From contig NZ_CP147990.1 in assembly GCF_037902255.1 (NCBI RefSeq), forward strand, positions 3,390,001-3,422,000: a stretch of DNA of 32,000 nucleotides, given 5' to 3'. Shown one piece after another: positions 24,986-32,000 of the stretch. The stretch's first letter is position 1. Every line of letters begins with the position of its first letter. Origin of the DNA: Candidatus Electrothrix sp. GW3-4 (GTDB taxonomy: Bacteria > Desulfobacterota > Desulfobulbia > Desulfobulbales > Desulfobulbaceae). The notes beneath the pieces were generated by a model, which saw nothing but the letters and a program-made list of their open reading frames with translations, was not told where the DNA came from and made no database searches. The translations under genes and the position numbers were made by a program.

Positions 24986-25660
24986 ATGAACATTCTTACT
25001 TTCGGACCAAATGGCAGCGGTAAGGGTACTCAAGGTGCCATTGTCAAAGAGAAGTACGGCATGGACCATATTGAGTCCGGCGCCATTTTCCGCGAGCATA
25101 TCAAGGGTGGCACTGAGCTTGGCAAGAAGGCAAAAGAGTACATCGACCGGGGTGATCTGGTTCCCGATGACATCACCATCCCTATGGTTCTGGAAACCCT
25201 GGGCAAATCCAAAGAAAAGGGCTGGCTACTGGACGGCTTCCCCCGTTCTCTGGCCCAGGCCGAGGCCCTGGACAAGGCCCTGACCGAATCCGGCATGGCC
25301 CTGGATTACGTAATCGAGATCGTTCTGGACCGTCAGATCGCTAAAGAGCGTATCATGGGACGTCGCCTCTGCGCCAACGACAACAACCATCCCAACCACA
25401 TTGCCTTTGATGCCATCAAGCCCGTAGAAAAAGACGGCAAGCTGGTTTGTCGTGTCTGTGGCGGAGAGCTGAGCATGCGCGATGATGATCAGGACGAAGA
25501 GGCTATCGGTAAGCGTCATGACATCTATTATGACGATACCACCGGGACGACGGCTGCAGTGAACTACTTCAAGAACAACAGCAACGCCAAAGTCATCTCC
25601 GTGGACGGTTCCAAGGCGATCAAGGAAATATCCGAAGAAATTATGGGCCAACTGGTCTGA
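24986..25660 (+). CDS. adk: Adenylate kinase (long lid with Cys motif)
   Basis: 224 aa with RBS AAAGGAGA. It has the P-loop FGPNGSGKGTQG, the GDLVPDD motif, and a lid segment containing CRVCGGEL. Confidence 0.9.
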   Translation: MNILTFGPNGSGKGTQGAIVKEKYGMDHIESGAIFREHIKGGTELGKKAKEYIDRGDLVPDDITIPMVLETLGKSKEKGWLLDGFPRSLAQAEALDKALTESGMALDYVIEIVLDRQIAKERIMGRRLCANDNNHPNHIAFDAIKPVEKDGKLVCRVCGGELSMRDDDQDEEAIGKRHDIYYDDTTGTTAAVNYFKNNSNAKVISVDGSKAIKEISEEIMGQLV

Positions 25661-25688
25661 TTCTCTGGTCATTATCTTGTTCCATTAG

Positions 25689-25732
25689 AAGCGTTTTCGT
25701 ACGTCCGGGTGCGGAAACGCTTTTCGTTTTTT
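25689..25732 (+). terminator. Rho-independent terminator after adk
   Basis: The stem AAGCGUUUUCG / CGGAAACGCUU (one G-U pair) is followed by UUUCGUUUUUU. Confidence 0.7.
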
Positions 25733-25756
25733 CCACAGTAAGATACCGTATCAGCA

Positions 25757-26350
25757 ATGAACGAGTTTATTTACACCCGCTTGGGGCAATCCAATATGGC
25801 AAAGGAAGAATTTGCCAAAGAGTCATCCGACAAGGTTATTCAGCTGGCCGAGGAAATCGTTGCCACCTTTAATAACGGGGGCAAGGTGCTCATCTTCGGC
25901 AACGGGGGCAGTGCCGCCGATGCCCAGCATGTGGCGGCAGAGTTTGTGAACCGCTTCCTCCTCAATCGTCGTCCTCTCCCTGCTATCGCCCTCAGTACCG
26001 ACACTTCAATCCTGACGGCCATCGGTAATGATTTCTCCTATGAACTTGTGTTCAGCAAACAAATTGAGGCATTAGGAAAACCTGAAGACCTAGCTTGGGG
26101 ACTCACCACCTCAGGCAGTTCACCCAATGTCGTGCAGGCCCTTGCCGCAGCGAAGAAAAGAGGCTTAACCACCGTGGCCCTGACGGGCGGCACCATCATC
26201 CCGAAAGACGGGGTGCATCCCCACTGCGATATGGTGCTTAATGTGCCGTCCAATTACACCCCCCGTATCCAGGAGGCGCATCTCTGGATTGAACATCTGG
26301 TCTGCGAAATCGTAGAGAAGATGATGTTCGGCCGCTGGGGAGATGAGTAG
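25757..26350 (+). CDS. gmhA: SIS-domain D-sedoheptulose-7-phosphate isomerase (GmhA/DiaA family)
   Basis: 197 aa. The motifs GGKVLIFGNGGSAADAQHVAAEF, GNDF, TTSGSSPNV, LTG and IQEAHL run collinear with E. coli GmhA as I recall it. The start could be the internal M14. Confidence 0.8.
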   Translation: MNEFIYTRLGQSNMAKEEFAKESSDKVIQLAEEIVATFNNGGKVLIFGNGGSAADAQHVAAEFVNRFLLNRRPLPAIALSTDTSILTAIGNDFSYELVFSKQIEALGKPEDLAWGLTTSGSSPNVVQALAAAKKRGLTTVALTGGTIIPKDGVHPHCDMVLNVPSNYTPRIQEAHLWIEHLVCEIVEKMMFGRWGDE

Positions 26351-26402
26351 CCCTCTTGACAGGCAGAGTTTGTAACAGAGAAATACCGACGACCAATATC
26401 AG

Positions 26403-27359
26403 ATGAAAAAACACGCCTCCTCCCCGCTTGATTTCAGCGCCCTGAATACTTACTCGGTCCATGACCGCCATTCCAAGGTGACCGTGGACGACTTTGCCCG
26501 GCCAGTCCGCCCTGGCATGACGATTAAGGAGCTGATCGACCTTCTACCCAATCAGTTTGCCGGGCTGGATTTTCCAGAGTTCATCGACCGGGTGGTCACT
26601 GCCATCGATAATGAGCGTCCTGTTTTACTGGGGATGGGCGCCCATGTTATTAAGGTGGGCCTGAATCCTATCCTGATTGATCTGATGGAACGGGGGGTGA
26701 TCTCGGCCATTGCCCTGAATGGGGCTGGGATTATTCACGACACCGAGATCGCCATGGTCGGGCGGACCTCTGAAGACGTAGCAGATGTGCTGGGGGCCGG
26801 GGCCTTCGGCGCAGCCAAAGAGACTGGCGAGGTTCTCAATCAGGCGATTAATCAAGGAGCGAAAGAAGAGATCGGCCTGGGGGAGGCCGTGGGCAACTCG
26901 CTGCTCCGGGAAAATTTCCCCTTTAACGAGCAAAGCCTGCTGGCCCAGGCCCGGCGGATGAACATCCCCGTGACCGTCCATGTAGCGGTAGGAACAGACA
27001 TTATTCATATTCACCCTGATGCCGATGGTGCTGCCATCGGCCAGTGCAGCCATCATGATTTCCGGGTCTTCTGTAGCCTGGTCAGTGGGCTGGAAGGCGG
27101 GGTCTATATGAATGTGGGCTCAGCTGTGCTCCTGCCTGAGGTCTTCCTCAAGGCCCTGACCGTGGTGCGTAACCTGGGACATGAGGTAAAACGCTTCACC
27201 ACCGCGAACTTCGATTTTATCCGGGCCTATCGACCTGCCACCAATGTGGTGCATCGACCTACCCTGGAGGGCGGCAAGGGCTTTAATTTCACCGGACATC
27301 ACGAGCTGATGATTCCACTGTTGGCAGCGGCAATTGTGGACAGGTTGGGGAAGGTTTGA
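26403..27359 (+). CDS. Deoxyhypusine-synthase-like family protein (tentative)
   Basis: 318-aa ORF. The pattern LLGMGAHVIKVGLNPILIDLMERGVISAIALNGAGIIHDTEIA resembles the Rossmann-like core of DHS-family proteins. The assignment is from memory of the family pattern only. Confidence 0.4.
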   Translation: MKKHASSPLDFSALNTYSVHDRHSKVTVDDFARPVRPGMTIKELIDLLPNQFAGLDFPEFIDRVVTAIDNERPVLLGMGAHVIKVGLNPILIDLMERGVISAIALNGAGIIHDTEIAMVGRTSEDVADVLGAGAFGAAKETGEVLNQAINQGAKEEIGLGEAVGNSLLRENFPFNEQSLLAQARRMNIPVTVHVAVGTDIIHIHPDADGAAIGQCSHHDFRVFCSLVSGLEGGVYMNVGSAVLLPEVFLKALTVVRNLGHEVKRFTTANFDFIRAYRPATNVVHRPTLEGGKGFNFTGHHELMIPLLAAAIVDRLGKV

Positions 27360-27459
27360 TATAGTCGGCTTTTTTATAGTGCTTATATTCCACTCATCAT
27401 GTCCCATTTAGCTTTGAGTGCTGCGTCCACATTCTAAACAGAAATATCGAGAGAGTAAC

Positions 27460-28140
27460 ATGGCTCAAACAAAACAAACTCGCGGGGCCTGCGCCTTCTG
27501 CGGTCGGCAAATGACAGGCAACGGCATGGTCAAACACCTCTCTGCCTGTCCCAAACGCAAAGAGACCTTGGACGAATGCGGCCAACAAGCAGGGAAAGAG
27601 GAAAAAATATATCACCTCAAAATCCAGGACTCCTGGCTGAACGATTTCTGGCTCCACCTGGAGATGCGCGGCTCCGCTACCTTAAAGGACCTGGACAGCT
27701 ACCTGCGCGCCATCTGGCTGGAATGCTGTGGCCATCTCAGCCAATTTTCAACCAAAGGCCGGTTCGGTGAAGAAAGAGCAATGGACTCGGAAGTGAGTGC
27801 TGTTTTTCATCAAGGGCTCGAACTCACACATATCTATGATTTCGGGGACTCCTCAGAGACCCTGATCAAGGTCGTCAGCGAAAGAGAAGGCAAGCCCATG
27901 AGCGAGCATCCGATCTACCTGATGGCCCGCAATGACCTGCCAGAAGTGGAGAGCTGCGCGTGCGGCAAGCCAGGCGCATGGCTCTGCATGGATTGCACAG
28001 ATAATGAAGATGAGGTTGCCCTCCTCTGCGAACAGCATGCAAAGGACAATCAGCATAAGGATCATGCTCTTATGCCCATCATCAATTCCCCAAGGACTGG
28101 AAGATGTGGATATAATGGGCCAGCAGAGCCCCCGTATTAA
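27460..28140 (+). CDS. Hypothetical Cys-rich protein (N- and C-terminal zinc-ribbon-like clusters; middle part vaguely pRiA4b-ORF3/MM3350-like)
   Basis: Starts at the ATG at 27460 (MAQTKQTRGACAFCGRQM...HLSACPKRKE). The C-terminal part has CACGKPGAWLCMDC...LCEQH. The middle part reads IYHLKIQDSW..FWLHLEM...TLKDLDSYLRAIW. Confidence 0.4.
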   Translation: MAQTKQTRGACAFCGRQMTGNGMVKHLSACPKRKETLDECGQQAGKEEKIYHLKIQDSWLNDFWLHLEMRGSATLKDLDSYLRAIWLECCGHLSQFSTKGRFGEERAMDSEVSAVFHQGLELTHIYDFGDSSETLIKVVSEREGKPMSEHPIYLMARNDLPEVESCACGKPGAWLCMDCTDNEDEVALLCEQHAKDNQHKDHALMPIINSPRTGRCGYNGPAEPPY

Positions 28141-28142
28141 GC

Positions 28143-28821
28143 ATGGCTGATCCACAACAGATTATCGCTATTGAAAAAATCATCCGTACCCGTCGCTCAT
28201 GCCGGAGCTTTTCCGGCCAGGTACCAGATGAGGTGCTGCAAAAAATCGTCGAATCTGCGGTCTATGCGCCCTTTGCTGCCGGAACCGGAATCCCTTTAAA
28301 AGAAGGACGGCGAATCTTTATCTTCCGCCAAGGTACAGAGGCAATGGATCAGGCCCGACAGATCATTGGGGCGCAACTCCGCAGCGGGGCAGCCAAAATC
28401 GGCAGAGCAGTTCGATTCTTTCCATTTCTGCGTAAAAAAATGCAATTCTTTGCCAACCGAATCAGCACCACAGCAGCAAAAGGCATCCCTGGCCTCAGCG
28501 AGGGTTCCTTTTATATCGTGGTAGCGGAGAAAAAAAGGCTTTCCCCCGATTGCAAAACAAACCCTAGGCCATATTATGGAAAATATGTGGCTGACCGCAA
28601 CAGCGTATGGGGTCGGCTTCCAGATGCTCTCTGTCACCAACGGGTTGGCAAAAAATACGCAGTTTATGCAGTTGCTCGGCCTGCCTCCCAAAGAATGGGT
28701 GCTCAATGGCTGCATTATCGGTATGTCCAAACAGCCACCCAAAGGAAAACGCGAGCGAAATACAAACCAGTTTATCCACTGGGTCGGGCAACAGAACGCA
28801 CAAAATCACCAAAGACTGTAA
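28143..28821 (+). pseudogene. Nitroreductase-family protein, frameshift in an A7 run
   Basis: The N-terminal part (IIRTRRSCRSFSGQVPDEVLQKIVESAVYAPFA) is in the frame of 28143. The C-terminal part (..GHIMENMWLTATAYGVGFQ...) is in the frame of ORF 28576..28821. Removing one A from 28530-28536 gives ..YIVVAEKKGFPPIAKQTLGHIMENMWL.. . Confidence 0.8.
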
Positions 28822-28840
28822 GCAAAACTCCAGGAAAGGT

Positions 28841-29767
28841 ATGAGAGAGATACTACGCATCGGAACCCGCGCCAGCATGTTGGCCGTGACCCAGTCCACC
28901 TGGGTAAAAAAACAGATTGAGCAGCAACACCCTAACACCAAAGTAGAACTGGTAAAAATCGTCACCAAGGGTGATAAAATCCAGGACGTCCCTCTGGCCA
29001 AGGTCGGAGGGAAGGGGTTGTTTGTCAAAGAGATTGAGGATGCCTTACTGGAAAAACGAGTGGATCTGGCAGTGCATTCTATGAAGGACGTGCCTGCCGA
29101 ATTACCCGAGGGGCTCCAGGTTGCCATTGTCCCGGAGCGGGAGATCCCGCAGGATGCCTTTGTTTCGGTGAGCTATAAAGATGTTGATGACCTCCCCCAA
29201 GGCGCGGTCATCGGCACCTCCAGCCTGCGGCGCAAATCCCAGCTGAGCTGCCTGCGGCCTGATTTGGAGATCAGAGACCTGCGTGGCAATCTGGACACCC
29301 GTTTGCGGAAATTGGATGAAGGCGAATATGATGCCATCATCCTGGCCGGGGCAGGCCTGAACCGTTTGGGCATGCAGAGGCGCATCACGGCCCTGTTTAC
29401 TTCAAAGCAGATGCTACCTGCTATCGGCCAAGGTTCATTGGGGATTGAACTGCGCATGGACGATACCGAACTGTTGGATGGCCTCCAGTTCCTTCATAAC
29501 CGCGATACAGCCGTGACGGTAGCTGCGGAACGGGCCTTTCTCCTTCGCCTGGAAGGAGGCTGCCAAGTACCTATCGCTGGCTTTGCCACTGTTGACAACG
29601 ACACCATCACCCTCACCGGCTTAATCGCCTCGTTAGATGGTAAGACGATTCTCAAGGAGCAACTCAGCGGCACAGCAGCTGATGCAGAAAAAATCGGCGT
29701 TACCCTTGCAGAGATCCTGCTTGACCGAGGCGGCAAGGCGATTTTGGATGAGGTGTATGAAGGATAA
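28841..29767 (+). CDS. hemC: Hydroxymethylbilane synthase (porphobilinogen deaminase)
   Basis: 308 aa from the ATG at 28841 with RBS AGGAAAGG. The motifs LRIGTRAS.LA..Q, PLAKVGGKGLFVKEIE, HSMKDVP, GTSSLRR, LRGN..TRL.KL and LEGGCQVPI run collinear with E. coli HemC. Confidence 0.92.
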   Translation: MREILRIGTRASMLAVTQSTWVKKQIEQQHPNTKVELVKIVTKGDKIQDVPLAKVGGKGLFVKEIEDALLEKRVDLAVHSMKDVPAELPEGLQVAIVPEREIPQDAFVSVSYKDVDDLPQGAVIGTSSLRRKSQLSCLRPDLEIRDLRGNLDTRLRKLDEGEYDAIILAGAGLNRLGMQRRITALFTSKQMLPAIGQGSLGIELRMDDTELLDGLQFLHNRDTAVTVAAERAFLLRLEGGCQVPIAGFATVDNDTITLTGLIASLDGKTILKEQLSGTAADAEKIGVTLAEILLDRGGKAILDEVYEG

Positions 29768-29856
29768 CTCCCATATTATGGAAGAAAAACGAGGGGTTTA
29801 ACACCTATTTTCTTATTCACCGCCCCCACGATGATTGACGAAAGGAAGCACAATTC

Positions 29857-31410
29857 ATGAGCGAAAAAAATATAAAAGGCAAAGTCTACCTCGTTGGCGC
29901 CGGCCCCGGTGATCCGGGCCTGCTTACCCTACGGGGAAAATATCTCCTTCAGCGGGCAGAGGTCGTGTTCTACGACTATCTGGTGAACAAAAAATTGCTT
30001 AAGCATGTTCCAGACACGGCTAAGCTGATCTATGTGGGCAAAAAAGGTGGTGGCCTCCATGCCTACACCCAGGAAGGCATTAACCAATTATTGGTAGAGT
30101 ACGGCACGTCTGGTAAACGGGTGGTCCGACTCAAGGGCGGTGATCCCTTTATCTTTGGTCGTGGTGCAGAGGAAATCCAGGAGCTGGTCGAAGCAGGGGT
30201 CGATTTTGAGGTAGTTCCCGGTGTCACCTCGGCGACAGCTGCTGCGACCTATGCCGGTATCCCCATCACCCATCGGGGCTACACGACCTCAGTGGCCTTT
30301 GTCACTGGTCATGAAGCCACCGGCAAACGGGAGTCCACAGTGGCCTGGGATAAGCTGGCCACCGGTGCGGGCACTATCGTCGTGTACATGGGGATCAAGA
30401 ACCTCCCTATCATTACCTCCAAGCTCCTGGAGCACGGACGTGCCCCTGAGACCCCGGTGGCCGTGGTCAGATGGGCCTCAACCCCGATCCAACGTTCTGT
30501 GGTTGGCACCTTGGCAACGATTACTGACGTGGTTCGCGAGGCGGGTATTACTCCCCCTGCCCTCGTCATTGTCGGTGAGGTAGTGAATCTGCGCGACACC
30601 GTTGACTGGTTTGAACGCCGCCCCCTGTTCGGCAAGCGTATGGTTGTTACCCGAACCAGGGAGCAGGCCAGCGAACTGGTTTCCCTTTTGGAAGAAAATG
30701 GCGCGGATTGCCTGGAGTACTCTACCATTCATATCAAACCAGTAGACGACTACAGCCTCTTGGATCATGCTGTACAGAACATGAGCAGCTATGACTGGAT
30801 ACTCTTTACCAGCCTAAATGCCATCACCTATTTTTTCAAACGGCTGGAGGCCATCGGACAGGACAGCCGTATCCTGGCAGGCTGTTGCATTGGCGCTGTG
30901 GGCCGGGCAACCGCAGATGAATTACTTAAGCACGGCATCCGGGCGGACCTGATACCGGAAAAATTTACCGGCGCAGGCTTGGCTGAATCACTAATTGCAG
31001 GCGATATGTCAGGGAAACATGTCCTGCTGCCAAGGGCAGAAAAGGCCATGGAGACCCTGCCGGAAATGCTTCAGGATGCAGGTGCAGCCGTTACAGTGAC
31101 CCCAGTATATCGTAACATACCCCCACAAGGGCGTAAGGATGAGCTACGAGAAGAGCTGGTCGATGGCAATATTGAACTGGTGACCTTTACCAGTTCTTCA
31201 ACCGTGACCAATTTCCTCACCATGATTGATGCTACGAATGAGCAGGAATTGCACCAACTGCTGGACGGAGTCAAGCTTGCTGCCATAGGACCTGTCACAG
31301 CGGAAACTATCCAGAAAAACGGGCTGAACGTTGATATTCAACCGGACAACTATACCATTCCCGATATGGTGGCCGCTATTGTGGGCCATTACCGCCCAGA
31401 CGAGACCTAA
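29857..31410 (+). CDS. cobA-hemD: Bifunctional uroporphyrinogen-III C-methyltransferase / uroporphyrinogen-III synthase (CobA-HemD fusion)
   Basis: 517 aa. The N-terminal half has [18 protein letters not shown] and [10 protein letters not shown] (tetrapyrrole methylase). The C-terminal ~250 aa is HemD-like (..WILFTSLNA.., ..VTFTSSSTV..). Confidence 0.88.
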   Translation: MSEKNIKGKVYLVGAGPGDPGLLTLRGKYLLQRAEVVFYDYLVNKKLLKHVPDTAKLIYVGKKGGGLHAYTQEGINQLLVEYGTSGKRVVRLKGGDPFIFGRGAEEIQELVEAGVDFEVVPGVTSATAAATYAGIPITHRGYTTSVAFVTGHEATGKRESTVAWDKLATGAGTIVVYMGIKNLPIITSKLLEHGRAPETPVAVVRWASTPIQRSVVGTLATITDVVREAGITPPALVIVGEVVNLRDTVDWFERRPLFGKRMVVTRTREQASELVSLLEENGADCLEYSTIHIKPVDDYSLLDHAVQNMSSYDWILFTSLNAITYFFKRLEAIGQDSRILAGCCIGAVGRATADELLKHGIRADLIPEKFTGAGLAESLIAGDMSGKHVLLPRAEKAMETLPEMLQDAGAAVTVTPVYRNIPPQGRKDELREELVDGNIELVTFTSSSTVTNFLTMIDATNEQELHQLLDGVKLAAIGPVTAETIQKNGLNVDIQPDNYTIPDMVAAIVGHYRPDET

Positions 31411-31813
31411 TTGCCTCTCCGAGATCCCGGAACAAAAAACGGCGATGAACACAACCTGCTGGACAACACGACCAGCAGGTCGTTGAACAAAGATGATGAG
31501 CCGATCCGATGTCGTACCTGCTACACGCCACTCACCAGCAAGGATCAGGCAACAAGCAAACAGGGGCGGCATGAGCACGCCTTTTTCAATCCCGCAGGCC
31601 GTGCCTTTGAAATCCACTGCTTTCAGGATGTACCCGGCTGTCGTGTACAAGGACGACCAAGAGCCGAATTCAGCTGGTTTACAGGGTATCTTCTGGCAAT
31701 ATGCCCTCTGCATGAACTGTGGGACTCATTCGGGATGGTTTTTCATCGCCCCTAAGGGGGCCTCAATAAACAATGTTTGTTTCTTTGCCTTGATTACCCA
31801 GCAGATTGTATAA
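31411..31813 (+). pseudogene. Cereblon-like CULT-domain protein, one-base frame disruption near 31690
   Basis: The first frame gives ..CRTCYTPLTS...HEHAFFNPAGRAFEIHCFQDVPGCRVQGRPRAEFSWFTGY. The second frame continues FWQYALCMNCGTHSGWFF.. . Skipping c31690 joins them into two CxxC pairs plus three Trp residues. The start codon is uncertain (TTG at 31411). Confidence 0.6.
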
Positions 31814-32000
31814 TTGCAACTGTGGGCTTTTTTCTCCTACGTGCCCACCACCTCCGTTTTATTTTTTTTACGGATACCACCTTGTACAGTTTTTTGTATT
31901 GCCATTTCTCTTTGCAACCACTATAGTAAAATATAGCATAATGAGAATAATTACATCCCAGAGAAAAAAATGGTCAGCAAAAAAATTTCATATCTGTGTA

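Noticed and set aside
31970-32000. Possible gene start (ATGGTCAGCAAAAAAATTTCA...) at the right edge of the window.
   Set aside because: Only about 10 codons are visible, with no clear RBS and an AT-rich context. That is insufficient evidence.
1-32000. Search for CRISPR arrays, tRNA or rRNA genes and long tandem repeats.
   Set aside because: I saw no regularly spaced direct repeats with unique spacers, no cloverleaf-like GTTCGAATC-type T-arm contexts and no rRNA signatures. The only repeats are the beta-helix coding repeats, the four leader copies and short hairpins.

Overview
This window looks like a chromosomal segment from a Desulfobacterota-like (deltaproteobacterial) anaerobe. That origin is an inference from gene content (CobA/HemD fusion, FmdE-like protein, heavy Ni/Co/corrinoid-type uptake load), not a database result.

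Positions 320-13400 and 19271-21480 are minus-strand metal-uptake genes:
- a TonB-dependent receptor / FmdE-like / SAM-methyltransferase / BtuFCD-like operon
- an RcnA/NicO-family His-rich permease
- a NikABCDE-type (Opp-family) ABC importer
- a second TonB-dependent receptor

Each of these four units is preceded by a copy of the same ~60-nt structured element. It has three nested helices, and its wobble and compensatory changes are consistent only with minus-strand RNA. I could not match it to a riboswitch consensus I know, so I treat it as a candidate unclassified cis-regulatory RNA.

Between the nik leader and the second receptor lies an AT-richer ~5.8-kb insertion (about 13450-19245). It carries a frame-broken IS110-family element and a tightly coupled plus-strand three-gene operon: an ABC/AAA ATPase with a DUF3696-like tail, a Toprim/DUF4435-like protein, and a DUF262 (GmrSD N-domain) protein without an obvious HNH domain. 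This is the best candidate for a poorly characterised anti-phage defence system in the window.

The right third is housekeeping: a secreted beta-helix repeat protein, hom, adk, gmhA, a deoxyhypusine-synthase-like protein, a nitroreductase, hemC, cobA-hemD, and a cereblon-like CULT-domain gene.

Six or seven genes are frame-broken. Most breaks fall in homopolymer runs, so sequencing or assembly indels are at least as likely as true pseudogenes. I recognised no rRNA, tRNA or CRISPR array.
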